Source of the DNA: Octopus bimaculoides
Taxonomy: Eukaryota
DNA length: 64,000 bases
Direction of reading: 5' to 3'
Assembly: GCF_001194135.2 (NCBI RefSeq)
Contig: NC_068987.1
Span: 68,729,677-68,793,676 of the forward strand
The notes under the pieces are model-generated. The model worked only from the letters and a program-made list of their open reading frames with translations. It made no database searches and was not told the origin of the DNA. This document shows positions 40,171-54,380 of the stretch, piece by piece. The position numbers were made by a program, and so were the translations under genes. Within the stretch, counting starts at the first letter, position 1; each line of letters opens with the position of its first letter.

Positions 40171-41017
40171 CTGAAACAGTAACAGCAGCGATAGTTTATT
40201 CATTGTCGACGCCAGTTTCTATTCGTTTTATTTTTTCCAATAGTGTTTCTTGTCTTTTACTTTCCATTTCGTTTTAACCTTACCATTTGTTTTTCTTTTT
40301 TGTTGCTGTTGCCATCACTGTTGCTGTTGTTCTCACCTTTTTTTTTTGTGTGTGTGTTATGTCTATTCTTACATTCTCTTCAAGTGCCATTTGCCACCAA
40401 TTCTAAGAGCAGTTTGTTGACAGAGCCTATTGACTTTTACTAATGAAGAATTCCAACGAGAACGTCAAACCTCGTCGACATTTCACTTAAGACATCTCAC
40501 TGATGCTGACGAGTTGTCTTCAGCATCTTTACCGTTTTGTACCATCTAACATCGTTACCCATGTTAAGCCGTTGACACAACTGTGTCACTTCTCTTGCAG
40601 ATTACACATGCGTGCAACGTTGTCAGTTAGTCAAGTAATCTGTCTGTATGTGCCAATATGTCTTGCTATTAATTATTTGAGCGCACGAGCGCGTGCATGC
40701 AGCTCTGCATACATGCATGTTTGAATGAATGTGTGTGTGTGTGAGGGAGAGAGAGAGAGAGAAAGAGACTTGTCTGTATGTGTGTATTCGTATGTATGTA
40801 TATGTATGTATATATATATATAACAATGTATGTAAAGTACGTGCAATTGTTTGTTTGCATATACCTTATTTGCCCAAATATGTATGGGAGTGTGTATATA
40901 AGTTGTGTGTGGATGAAACACGTAGCGTGTATACACACACAGGTATAAAGTTTCAAGTAGTCATAAGCAGGAATATATATGTATGTATGCGTGCATAAGT
41001 AGATGGAGTGATTGGTA

Positions 41018-41118
<101 letters not shown>

Positions 41119-42235
41119 CTAGCTGGATAGATATATAGATACGTACATACATATATACATACACTTAAACACATACAAATACATATATAAATACATGTAT
41201 GCAATGTAGATGCATGCATGTATACAGCATACCTAGTAAGGTATACACAAAGGTTTTGTGTACACAACCTAATTGTGTTTAATGAAAGAACAGGCGAAAT
41301 TAATCTTTGCTTAACTCCCACTTCTCACTTACATGCATAGCCGTCGCCCAGGCATTCATGTACGTATGTCTTCACCATTTGACTTCAATGTTTTTTTTCT
41401 TTTCTCCTTTTCTCTGTTCATGTAACCATTATACCCTTCGTTCTCTCATTCTCTTTCTCGTTTATATTTGTGTGTGTGTGTGTGTGTGTGTATGTGTGTG
41501 TGTGTGTATGAATCTGTCAAGTAATTTAATTCCACATGAACATTTCTTATGTAAGCAACCTCTCACTTCCCACTTTATATTGTCCGTGGCACACCTTTCT
41601 CAATTTATTTCTTTGCATGGATGTGTGTATGTATGTGTGTGTGCGCCTGTGCGTGTGCGTGTGTGTATGAGCATGCGTACGTCCGTACGTGTGTGCGTGT
41701 GTGTTTGTGTACATGCCTGTATATGTAAGTATATATATCATGTTTTTCAATTATTTCAGTTCTTATAAAGAAGGAGCAGGCTTTTTAGCTGAGAAGTAAA
41801 TTTTCATCGCCGGAATTTGGTTAAGATCAGCAGTAAATATTTACATGTTGAACTTTACAAAAGGTTTGGATATTTTTATTGTTCTACTTACAAGTTATAT
41901 CTACATGGTGCCTATTAACTGTTTACCTTCTTTGTCAGCATGAATCTATTTTTATATCGAGCCATTGTGAAAACTGGCATCATTGTTTACTTGTTTCCAC
42001 TTGGGCCATTAACGGTTGCTGCATTCCTAATGCTGAATGCGAGATGCTTGTGTTGTGTATTCGGCCTTTGGAAGCTAGCAACACGTCAGCCGAGACGGCG
42101 CTTCGAGAAAACCAACGCAGATTCATCCTAAATTTTTTATATTGCTATGTGCAGAAACCGCCTGTACAGAGAGTCAGTCGTGTCATTGAGTGCTGAGAAA
42201 TCGTGCAATAGTATGAAAGCATTGGCTCTTGTAAT

Positions 42236-42503
42236 AGGCGACGAGCTGGCAGAGAAGGCGACGAGCTGGCAGAGAAGGCGACGAGCTGGCAGAATCGTTA
42301 GCACGACGGGCGAAATGCTTAGCGGTATTTCGTCTACCGTTACGTTCTGAGTTCAAATTCAGCCGAGGTCGACTTTGCCTTTCATCCTTTCGGGGTCGAT
42401 AAATTAAGTACTAGTTATGCACTGGGGTCGATGTAATCGACTTAACTTTGTCTGTCCTTGTTTGTCCCCTCTATGTTTAGCAACTTGTGGGCAATAAAGA
42501 AAT
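42236..42503 (+). mobile_element. Well-preserved tRNA-headed SINE S1 with triplicated 5' end
   Basis: aggcgacgagctggcaga x3, then atcgttagcacg...gagttcaaattc (B-box-like)...gcctttcatcctttcggggtcgataa...ctggggtcgatgtaatcgac...gggcaataaagaaat. Confidence 0.93.
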
Positions 42504-43318
42504 TAATATAGTGTCTTTCAGATTATGGCGATAGCATTATTCTGGGTTCTGATGGCCAGCACATTTGGGCTAAGCCACCTTAGCTATTTCTCACTTATTT
42601 CCTAGGATTCGAGCTTGACCTAATAACCGATGTTCCAAATTATCAAAAACACCTTTGATATCTGCTAATCTACGCAAAAGTAGTAGCTTGATGCTTTGGG
42701 AAGAATGGTCTGTAAAACAGCTATTCTACGACCAGGTCAGAAATGCTTTTTAGAAATGGTTTGACTGTTTTAGCAGATAGCATTGCAGTTGTTTCTGAAC
42801 TAATTGATTCCATTACTTTGTTGATGGCGATGAACAATGAAATAGCTCAGTATTTTGACGGATGAAGAATCCCTATAATGTATGGAAATCAGAGAGGCGA
42901 TCTTCTATTCATTTCGAAATACGACATGAGTAAAGCACAGGTAAGATAGGCGACAGAGAGGTCAACTAGTTCAATATATCACTCTTTCAAGAGTCTGGCG
43001 AGAATTCAATCTGGGACGGCGGCTTTATGACGTATGTACTATTGCACTGTTAATAATTTCATTAACGTCGTACATCACACACCGTAGTAGTCAATGCATA
43101 CATGTATGTCGTCTTGTATGCATATATATTTATGCATACATCTGCATACGTACGTACGTATGTATGTATGTATGTTTGTATGTATCTATCTATCTATTTC
43201 AATCTAGGTATATATCAGTTTATCTAGTTGTCTATCAATATATGTATTACTATCTTCCTATCTCCATAAGTCTATATCTGTCAATCTCTTCTCTTTCTCT
43301 CTCTCACTTTCTCTCTCA

Positions 43319-43352
<34 letters not shown>

Positions 43353-43626
43353 TTCTCTATCCCTCTCACTTTCTCTCTCTCCCTCTCTCTTTTTCTCTCT
43401 CTCTCTCTTTCACCCGCAAACACACTCACTCAATCAATCTCGTTATATACGTATACATATCTGTGTGTGTGTGTGTGTATACATACATATATATTTATAT
43501 ATGCACACAGCTAACGGTCAGACACTTTCTATCTTCTTCTCTATTCTGCTCTAATGTTGTCTCCGAAACTGATATTTTTTTCATCATAATGGTCTCTCCT
43601 CGCATCTCTGATATAGATATACATAC

Positions 43627-43694
<68 letters not shown>

Positions 43695-43851
43695 NNNNNN
43701 NNNNNNNNNNNNNNNNNNNNNNNNNNNNNNNNNNNNNNNNNNNNNNNNNNNNNNNNNNNNNNNNNNNNNNNNNNNNNNNNNNNNNNNNNNNNNNNNNNNN
43801 NNNNNNNNNNNNNNNNNNNNNNNNNNNNNNNNNNNNNNNNNNNNNNNNNNN

Positions 43852-43899
<48 letters not shown>

Positions 43900-44855
43900 G
43901 TGTGTATTCGCATTGTCACAAAACCTTATATAGACACACTCAAGTTCATGCCCTCAGTCGTTTTTTGACACACATATATATAATATATACACACATGCAC
44001 GAACACAAAGACATATACATATATTTCATGCAGTCACACGCAGGCATATATATATACATTATACATTTATACATACATACATAGAACAATGAAATGAAAT
44101 AAACAACCAAAAAAGAGAACACAACATAGTCACGCAGACACATACACAAGTACACGGTCTGCATATATGAATGACTATATGGTACAGAGAGGCTGACATC
44201 ACATCAGTGTAATATGGAGTCTTTTCCACCTCACACACACACTCATTCTCTCTTCTCTCTCTCTCTTTCTCTCTTTCTCTCTTTCTTCCCGCACTCTCTC
44301 TCTCTCTCTCTNNNNNNNNNNNNNNNNNNNNNNNNNNNNNNNNNNNNNNNNNNNNNNNNNNNNNNNNNNNNNNNNNNNNNNNNNNNNNNNNNNNNNNNNN
44401 NNNNNNNNNNNAGCAGCAGCAGCAGCAGCAGCTTGGCAATGTTTCTATCTCCACAAGGTGCCAGATGGAGAAACTAATCTCTATAGAAGGGATCAAACCC
44501 AAACATTTGATATGGAAATAGTGGAATATTTGAATAAGTTACAGGCAGCCTTGAAGCAAATTAACATCAGCATGAATCATGAAACTATAGTAACTACCCG
44601 AAACTCTACACATTATTGTGCAATGCATTTACACAAAAACTACATTCGTAACATGAGACTGCACTGAATTATACTAAGCAAGAAAAACAACATCTAAAGA
44701 ATGTCTCATCCTACCATTCAATGTTACATAGAAGTCCAGTAACTGCACCAGCAGTGAGATTAAAATACAGTAAAAATCTTAATAGTGAAGCACAGTTAGA
44801 AATTTCATTATTATTATTATTATTATTATTAACTATTATAATCGTTATAATAACA

Positions 44856-45030
44856 GCAGAGAACTGGTGGAAACGTTGGCACCGCGGACAAAATACTCAG
44901 AGTAAACTAGTTCGCCTTTGCTTTCTAAGTTCAATATTCCACCGATGTCGACTTAGTTTTTCATCCTTTCGGGTCGATGAAACAAATACCGCTTGAACAC
45001 TGGGAGTCGATGTAATTTACTAGACTCTTT
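44856..45030 (+). mobile_element. Decayed SINE S1
   Basis: aagttcaatattccaccgatgtcgac...ttcatcctttcgggtcgatgaa...ctgggagtcgatgtaatt. Confidence 0.75.
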
Positions 45031-45045
45031 AGCCCACCCCCTTTA

Positions 45046-45193
45046 GCTTCTTCCAGTTTCCGTTTACCAAATCCACTCACAAGGCTTTGGTCAGCCCGAG
45101 GCTATAGTATAAGACACTTGTGCAAGGTGTCTCGCAGTGGGACTGAAACCGGGACCATGTGGTTGGTAAGCAAGCTACTTACCATACTGCCAC
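45046..45193 (-). mobile_element. SINE S2 5' module
   Basis: cagtttccgtttaccaaatccactcacaaggctttggtcagcccgaggctatagt...gcagtgggactgaaaccgggaccatgtggttggtaagcaagctacttacc. Confidence 0.9.
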
Positions 45194-46019
45194 TTGGCTC
45201 TTTCAGAATTTATTAATGAGTAATTAATTTTTACTATACCAATTCACCTCTTAAAAGGCTTTAAATTGGTCTAACTAATAATTCTTACGCCATTTCCATT
45301 CGGTCGCAGGTCGGTAATTCTTACTAAGACAGGACAATTTGTCTTTCCCACTCTTAGTACTCCGGCTGATAAGACAAGATTACAATCGTAGACATGATGT
45401 ATAATTTCAGAATTATCGAGGTACTTGCCACATGTTGTCTATGGAATACCTATTGTGTTTTTCTTTTTATTTTTTTTTCGTTACTTTTTAATTCAATTCA
45501 TTTCTATAACGTACAAGAGGAACATAGGTCTCAAATTTTGGAGTATTTTATGCAGCATTTCAGAATAGATTTACACCAGTTATGTATGAATTTAAATGCA
45601 TTCTTGACTGAGGAAGGTGAGAGTAGAAAGGGAAGTCTTGTCTAGTGAATGCTTCAAAAAAAGATGGGTGAATGTAGCAAGGATGGCACGTGTGAATGAC
45701 GGAGCCACCTTGAGCATAACACTATAAAGGAGTAAAAAAAATCCAGACAAAAAACAAAAAGGCAAAAGAGAGTCACTTACTGTTATAGTTTCTGTAATGA
45801 CAATATTGACCAAGGCTACCGTGGTCTTTTCCGTAGGCTTTTCTTTCCACGGCTAAACCTAAACTGTCCTCCCCTATTTTTACACGAGAACATTACTGTC
45901 ATACACGATCCCTATTGATCGCTTTTTTTCTCTCTCTCGGTCCCTTTTGATCGAACTCCCCCCTTTTTTCCTTCCTACGATCCCTTTTGATCGACACCCA
46001 CCCCTACTTTATCTATCTA

Positions 46020-46082
<63 letters not shown>

Positions 46083-46693
46083 ATCTATCTATCTATATAT
46101 ATATATATATATAGGTATGTGTGTGTCCCCGTGTGCTTGTGTGTGTGTGATTGTGTTTGTGTACTTGTGTGTGCATGTAAGCACAAGATTTATATATATG
46201 CATGGGCATATACAAACGTATACATAAACACACACACACACACATATATATATATACATATATACATACATATCAAAATGCATATGTTAACATACATACT
46301 TATGTACATAGCTATTATATACATGCACAAGCAAGCACATATTGCAGATTCAGATATGAACATAGGTATCACGTATCTACACACATGCGCGGACACACAC
46401 ACACGTGTTTTTATTCCCTCGGATACGGCCGAAACGATTGCACACACACACGCGCGAATCTGTGCAGCTTCGAGGTGAAAGTTCAAATTGTTGGAAAAAT
46501 AAAAAAAAACTTAAATTCCACCACATGTATTACACACCAATTTTTTGTCCACACACACAAACACACACACGCACATCTAAATACAATGATACACAATTGT
46601 ACATGTATTCAATATGTATTCAAGCACATGACTATAAATATGTATATATACATTATATATATCTATGTACGTGTGTATATATGCATATATATA

Positions 46694-46741
<48 letters not shown>

Positions 46742-47065
46742 NNNNNNNNNNNNNNNNNNNNNNNNNNNNNNNNNNNNNNNNNNNNNNNNNNNNNNNNNNN
46801 NNNNNNNNNNNNNNNNNNNNNTGAGTGTATGAATATGTGTATGTACATGTGTGTGTGACTGTATGTATTCGTATTTGCTCATACACAACTGTAATCATTA
46901 GTGTATGAGTATATGTGTACATCTTGGCGAGAATTCCCCACCCTCACCCGCCGATTCCTCGTTATTTGGTTTGTTACAATTCTTTCTTTCTTTTTTTGTT
47001 TTTGCATATTTTTGAAAAGGATTCCTTGAAATACAAATATACACACAAACATACACACAAATATA

Positions 47066-47112
<47 letters not shown>

Positions 47113-47616
47113 CTATGTAAAAGAAATTTTGTCAAGACAATATTTGGCTTGCTACAAGCACTATAACATAAATTCCCGTCTGTGGGAACTACATTTATTA
47201 ATTAGCAACATATATAATATTCACGGATTTTGCAGTATTCAATACGGATGAGGATGCAGCTTTTATACAATATGAAGCAATAAAAATAAAATAGAATATA
47301 ATATAGGTAATGAGCACAAGTTTTTACATATTCTAATACAGCTGCATATTTCAATGCAACATTCACTGCTGAAATATATAGATTAGTTGTATTAATAATA
47401 GCAGTGTTACTATTACTATGAAACACGTGCTATTGTCGCCATGGAGACGGCAGTAAATAACAGGAACTAACATAAATGGCCTAACTATAATGGATAGATG
47501 AAGCATTGTTTGGAAAGACGTACGCCAAATGGCATATGCATATGAGTACGGATGTACACACGTGTATTTGTGTATGTGTGTGTGTGTGTATGTAAGTTTG
47601 TATGTATATATGCAAT

Positions 47617-47661
<45 letters not shown>

Positions 47662-47873
47662 GTGTGTGTGTGCATATATGCATACATATATATATATACA
47701 TACATATCTATATACATAAATATATATAAATTTATATATACACATATAGACAGACAGACATATAGATAGATAGATAGATAGATACATTTCTTTTATTAGC
47801 CACACAGGGCTCAACGAAGATGGGACAAATACAATGTAGAGCTTTTCTTTTTGGGAGGGGGAAGGAAGGAAAA

Positions 47874-47917
<44 letters not shown>

Positions 47918-48463
47918 GTACGTACATACATACATACATACGTACATATATATATATACATACATACTTACATACATACATATATATATATATATACATA
48001 CGGTGGTGCACCAGCATGACCGCAGCCACTTGGCTGAAACACATAAATAAATAAATAAATATATATATATACATACATAAATCATGTGTGGGTAGGTATG
48101 TAAGATGGTAGGTAGGTAAGAAAAGAGGTGCTAGGTAAACAGATATCATCGAAAATTCACAAAATATGTTACCTTATTTACCAACAGCTTTTCAAGAAAT
48201 AGATATAAATAAATAAATAAATCATGGTGGCCTAACCTATTTGACAGGGGGTTACACTTATAATTACCGTTAATGGTGTCATAAATTGAATAGACAGATG
48301 CGAATCCACTTCTTTTATTGCATGTGTGAGGACATACAGACACATATCAGCCTTCCAGCATTTTCTAGCACCCCGTGTTCGCGCAAGTGTGCATACACAC
48401 ACATCTTTCTATATGCATTTACATAAATATGCATATGCATCTATCTATCTATCTATCTATCTA

Positions 48464-48504
<41 letters not shown>

Positions 48505-48816
48505 NNNNNNNNNNNNNNNNNNNNNNNNNNNNNNNNNNNNNNNNNNNNNNNNNNNNNNNNNNNNNNNNNNNNNNNNNNNNNNNNNNNNNNNNNNNNNNNN
48601 NNNNNNNNNNNNNNNNNNNNNNNNNNNNNNNNNNNNNNNNNNNNNNNNNNNNNNNNNNNNNNNNNNNNNNNNNNNNNNNNNNNNNNNNNNNNNNNNNNNN
48701 NNNNNNNNNNNNNNNNNNNNNNNNNNNNNNNNNNNNNNNNNNNNNNNNNNNNNNNNNNNNNNNNNNNNNNNNNNNNNNNNNNNNNNNNNNNNNNNNNNNN
48801 NNNNNNNNNNNNNNNN

Positions 48817-48851
<35 letters not shown>

Positions 48852-48985
48852 TACGACGGGCTTCTTTCAGTTTCCGTCTACCAAATCCCCTCACAAGACT
48901 TTGGTCGGCCCGAGGCTGTAGTAGAAGACGCTTGCCCAAGGTGCCACGCAGTGGGACTGAACCCGGAAACATGTAGTTCGTAAGA
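48852..48985 (-). mobile_element. SINE S2 5' module; its internal (TA)n runs into the gap at 48505-48816
   Basis: acgacgggcttctttcagtttccgtctaccaaatc...gcccaaggtgccacgcagtgggactgaacccgg. Confidence 0.9.
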
Positions 48986-49024
48986 AGGATTTATTTTCGT
49001 AATGAGATGAAAAAAACAAAACAA

Positions 49025-49322
49025 AGGCGCATGGCTTAGTGGTTAGGGTATTCGACTCACGATCGTAAGGTCGTGAGTTCAATTCCTCGCAACGCGTTGT
49101 GTCTTTGAGCAAGACCCCTTATTTCCCGTTGCACTTGTCGACTCACCTGGCAAAATGAGTTGTACCTGTGTTTCAAAAGGCCAACATTGTCACATTCTGT
49201 TTCCCGCTGAGTCTCCTTTAGAAATACAATAAAGGGCTGTGTCTGTGGAGTGCTCAGCCACATGCACATTAATTTCAGATCAACTGGAACCCTCGTCGTC
49301 GTAAGCGACGAAATGCCGGTGC
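49025..49322 (+). mobile_element. tRNA-derived SINE S3c (head H2, CORE-like C2, tail T1)
   Basis: A-box-like tggcttagtggttag and B-box-like gagttcaattcc. Tail tgtctgtggagtgctcagccac...gatcaactggaaccctcg...cgtaagcgacg is shared with 8922-9305. Confidence 0.88.
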
Positions 49323-49847
49323 CGTATACGTTATAGATATACAAACATGCAAACATACATGCATACACATGCATTCACATACTGATATGTGTGCGTGAAT
49401 GGCTATGATGTGGGAAGAGCGAACTCGCTGTTGTTTGGCTTATTCAAAGAAAGGTTAGCGTCCACGACTATTTTCAGAGACTTCAAGACTGCGGGGAGCG
49501 AAGTAAGTTATCTCCCCTAGTCAGCTTGTTTGCAATCACGTGGGTTCCACTAATAGCTCACAACAGCTACGTGTACATGTTAAAACCCAGTAACAGATAC
49601 CGTCAACCACACAAGAACGGCTCCTCTGAGGGACTTTTAAACAGTTTTTAATCTACTAAGATTCGGATATGCATATGCGGATATGTGTTCGATCAATAGC
49701 TGTGTAGGATAACGGTCCTGAAACCGCATAGACATGTTCTATGCCCATTTGACTGCAACAAGTTATCTTCGGGAGAAATAACAAGGTTGTTTTCATCTAT
49801 GTATGTGCATAGACAAAAACAAGGCTGTTTTTTCTGTGTGCATGTTA

Positions 49848-49887
<40 letters not shown>

Positions 49888-50183
49888 NNNNNNNNNNNNN
49901 NNNNNNNNNNNNNNNNNNNNNNNNNNNNNNNNNNNNNNNNNNNNNNNNNNNNNNNNNNNNNNNNNNNNNNNNNNNNNNNNNNNNNNNNNNNNNNNNNNNN
50001 NNNNNNNNNNNNNNNNNNNNNNNNNNNNNNNNNNNNNNNNNNNNNNNNNNNNNNNNNNNNNNNNNNNNNNNNNNNNNNNNNNNNNNNNNNNNNNNNNNNN
50101 NNNNNNNNNNNNNNNNNNNNNNNNNNNNNNNNNNNNNNNNNNNNNNNNNNNNNNNNNNNNNNNNNNNATATATATATATACAC

Positions 50184-50717
50184 AGGAGTGACTTCATGGT
50201 TAAGAAACTTGCTTTCCAACCATATGATCTTGGGTCTAGACCCACTGTGCAGCACCCTGGACCGAAGCCCAGTGAAAGAATTTAGGAGACGGAAACTGAA
50301 AGAAGTCTGTTGAATAATAACATTAATAATAATTATATATATATATATATATATATATAAATGTGTACGCACACACACACATTAGCTTTTAGTGACGGAT
50401 TATTAGCTTGCTGAGACGATTTCTCGGATTATTACCACAGCCTACAGCATTAGAATCAAAACAAATACATTGGATGTGCAATTTTATGTATGTATGTATA
50501 TATGTATGTATGTATGTATGTATGTGCTTATCTTTTTGCTAGTGCTTGGTCCCTATTACTTGACAACTGGCTTTGGATTGTTTACATAACCGTAACATAG
50601 CGACTCAGTAAAAGAAACCAACTAAATAATTACCAGGCTTAAAAAAATATGTACCGGGCTGATTTCTTGGACTAAGCCCAGGATGGCTATAGTCCAAAGA
50701 CAGTAACAAGTAAAAGG
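50184..50717 (+). mobile_element. Decayed complete SINE S2 (5' module, microsatellite spacer, 3' module)
   Basis: 5' module ends gagacggaaactgaaagaag at about 50305. The 3' module runs from cttgacaac...gtttacataaccgtaacatagcg to aacaagtaaaag (50541-50717). Confidence 0.7.
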
Positions 50718-51065
50718 TAAAATGTATATGAACATGTGTTTGTGAGGTGGGGTTCGTCTTGATTTACAAAGTTTTTGATTTATAGGAGGGTAGCAAAGGG
50801 ATAAGTTTACGACATTTTCTTACACAAAGGCTGGGTTATGAAACAAGGGATAGAATGCGAAATGGCTACAAGAAGAGAAATCAAAACTCATTCGGGAATT
50901 GGTCTCATCGGGAATTTACCTCTGAGAAATAATGGAATATTAAGCACTCATGAAAGACAGTGAAAATATGAAGGAATATGAGAGATAAAAGAATACTGTG
51001 GAGGATATTAAGCTCACATATACGCATACATGTGTGTGTGTGTCTGTGTGTGTGTGTGTGTGTAT

Positions 51066-51102
<37 letters not shown>

Positions 51103-51263
51103 GGTATGCACATACTTGTACGTATATATGCATATACTCATTTATTATTTGTTTTATATATATATACACACACACATTCACAGACACATACGTTCATACA
51201 TACACTTACGTACATACACTCACACATACATACATATGTATGTATTTTATGCATGTATTTGTC

Positions 51264-51294
<31 letters not shown>

Positions 51295-51332
51295 GCAGAC
51301 AGATAGACAGATAGATAGACAGACAGATAGTC

Positions 51333-51376
<44 letters not shown>

Positions 51377-52169
51377 TGTATAGGTCAAAATAGATCCATA
51401 GCTGCTCACCTACTGTGTCGAGATCGATAAACGAAGCCTGTTCTTTTCACGAAATGCCAGTATATTCTACATTTACTTTTCTCTCTATCTATCTATTTGT
51501 CTATGCTAGTGTTGTTAGTGTATTTGTGTGTGTGTGTGTGTGAAATGTATTATATACTGTTGTTTGAACCATATATAAACGAGATAGTGAGTGTTGAGTG
51601 AAGGTGGTATTTGTTCTGCTTCAGCGATTAAACGAAGAAGGATTTATTTTTAGGACCGATTTCTGTCATGAGCGTGTGTGTATGTCTGTTTATGGGGTGC
51701 GAACAGACGTGTGTATTATCATGTATGTATGGAGAGATATACCCTCAGGAATAATAGTGGTCGAAAATAGAAAATGTATTATCAATGACATAAAGCAGAC
51801 GAATCAACCTGCCAATCTTGCGAATAAGTCTGCTGTGTCTTAAACAAGCTTTTATTCAAATCAGTAAATTTTTCCCCTTTTTTTAATGTATATATTTTTG
51901 GTGTGTGGAATATGCAGAAGTATGAGGCAATGAAATTGAAAAAAAAATAGTTAATATATATTCTATACAGCCTGTATGTGATCTTTTTGTTGGCTTTGCG
52001 GTAAATAAAGAAATTATTATTGGCAAGCAGTGTAAAATAGACTTAAGCTCTCAGAATACTGAGCCCGCTATCTATGTGGGATTCCCAGTTGGAGTTATTT
52101 CTCTTTTACTAGCGATGCTTTTGGCTTTGGAAGAAGCAGTAACGCCATTAATGTTATCTACGATTTACT

Positions 52170-52229
52170 TTAAATCAATAATAACCTTTTCAATACCCTA
52201 GCTATTCTTATCAAAGCAGCCTTTGGCAT
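52170..52229 (-). mobile_element. Fossil C-terminus of an RLE-type (R4/Dong-like) non-LTR retrotransposon ORF
   Basis: Translates to MPKAALIRIARVLKRLLLI*, which resembles the terminal xQxxALLxTARILRRVL motif I recall for this clade. Upstream motifs are not convincingly colinear. Confidence 0.3.
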
Positions 52230-54269
52230 TATCATGTCCTACGTATTATCCCTATCTTAGCTACTTGTCTCATCTAAAAGAAACTATCTACCACTACTTA
52301 TATCGCATATGGTTTTGTATGGTGAGCAAATACTTGAAATCCCACGCCTAACTTAATTATGACAATATCTGCAGTTCTTACCTTCTTTTCGATTATATAT
52401 AACCGGTCACCTACTTATCAATATTCTTAAGTATATTATTTTCCGAATACTTCCTTCGATTTGCTGACATAATTGAGACTCCTTATTTCCAAAAGTCTTC
52501 ATATTATGGCAGAAAAATTTCCCCTTTGTTGCTATACTAGTTTCAGATGCATTTTTGGAAAGCCAGGTTGAAGAAATTAACAGCATTTATTTGACGAGAA
52601 AATTTGTAGAAGTATATCAAACCTCTCATCTTTGCAAGTTCGGTGATGCAATACTTGTAATAGTCCTTTCATGCAAGATTCATTTATCCAACGAAATCAT
52701 TTTTACCACACGCTCTGTAAACTAAATGCACAATACTGTTTCGAACCCTCACTGTAACAATTACACTTCCCTTTTAAGTCTAAATGAAGATCACTACAAT
52801 TCATATTTCTCAACCCTATTAAAAAAAAATTTCTTGATCTTATATTCTACTGGGTGAAAGAGTCATGGTATAATATTACAACATACAATCCCTGAGCTAT
52901 CATGATATTATAACGCTCATAGTTACTTTCAGAAGAGAATTTTCTGAAAAATACTTTTTCTGAAGATATGTAGTCTAGTTCTCTCATTAGTTACTTCTCT
53001 TGTAAACCTTTGGTTATTTTTGAACCGAAGCTATAAAATTCCAGAGGCTTAATTATATATTACACAAGGATTCCAAGTTCAACTGTCTCCTGTAATATAC
53101 CACCATTGCCTGTTTTCTATCTTTTCTACATTTTTCAGGACGATTTGGTTGGTACCGTTTGTTGTTGACAACAAAAATGGTTCACTCGGTTTCTTAGTCA
53201 ATTTTTGGAATCGAGGATGAAGGGATAAATTTCGCTGTTTTCTGTCGAGCCTGCTGGTACGTAAGGAGTACCTATTTCTGATGCATGCATTTGTAGCAGC
53301 TGAGCTTTCTGCTTTGAAGGACTAACTATAAAACGTTACTCTCAAGATCAACTACGGGGAACAACACCGGCATCATTTTCTGGTCATGTGGGGTAAAGAA
53401 GACTTTCATGCCCATAGAAATTCCTCAACTTAGTATAAATGATTGAAATACGTGCCATCAAAGTTTCTATTTTGACCTCTTCCTTATGAGACCATGTCAG
53501 TCCCAAATCTTCCTACTTAAGGAAATAAGTGTTACATCAACCAAGTTTATACTAGTTTTCTAAAAATCCTCTCAAAACATACACAGCAAATGTTATCCTT
53601 TATGCATAATACAGACTAAATATTAGAATAATCACATATTATACAACTTGCATTAAACTTGTTTGTTCTCTTGATGAACTTCCTGGCTTCTTATTTGTTC
53701 ACATAAGCATAACCCCTGATACAACTAATTTTCCATTCATACATCTATCATTTATCTATCTCTGCCCTTCTATCAGTTCATGTATTTATTGCCCTATCTA
53801 TCTTTGCATCTATTTCTCTAGCTATCTATATGATTATCTATTCAGTATTTAACTGCATGTGTACAAAGAACGATATTACATTATATGTGCACTGAATGTG
53901 GTGGATGTGCAAAGCAAGAAATAAATGAGGTGTGCATGCTCTGTTCGTTGTGCATTGGTAGTGTGAATAACCGACAAATAAGACATGAGTAGAGAGAGAG
54001 AAAAACTGATAATGAGAGGAAATGTAGAAGAGAGGAGACTGCGTTATATGGATATGAAATGTGTATTTAGGATGAGAATGAGGTGAAAAAACAAAATGAC
54101 ATGCGATTCAAGTGGAACGTACCTATAGAAGAAAACATAGGAAGACATGGGGTGGGGGAGAAAGTGATGAAAACTGAATAAGATGACGAGGAGTAGCAGC
54201 GAGTGGCGGAATGAAGTACTGGGGAATACCCGTCCAATTTATGCAATTATGGGGGAAATGAATGCAAAA

Positions 54270-54299
54270 TGATGGTGGTGGTGGTGGTGATGATGATGG

Positions 54300-54356
<57 letters not shown>

Positions 54357-54380
54357 TGGTGGTGGTAGTGGTGGTGGTGG
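54270..54380. repeat. (GGT)/(GAT) trinucleotide array
   Basis: Direct reading. Confidence 0.94.

Noticed and set aside
42878-42940. ATG-initiated MYGNQRGDLLFISKYDMSKAQ ending at cag/gtaaga
   Set aside because: The peptide is unrecognised and there is no supporting promoter or downstream exon.
49696-49742. atag-CUGUGUA-ggat aacg gtcc-t-GAAAC...GUU-ctat hammerhead-like arrangement
   Set aside because: It has two non-compensated core changes, an extra base before GAAA and only a 2-bp stem III; this is too degenerate to call.
53139-53260. Strong acceptor at 53138 with a possible donor near 53257
   Set aside because: All three frames contain stops.
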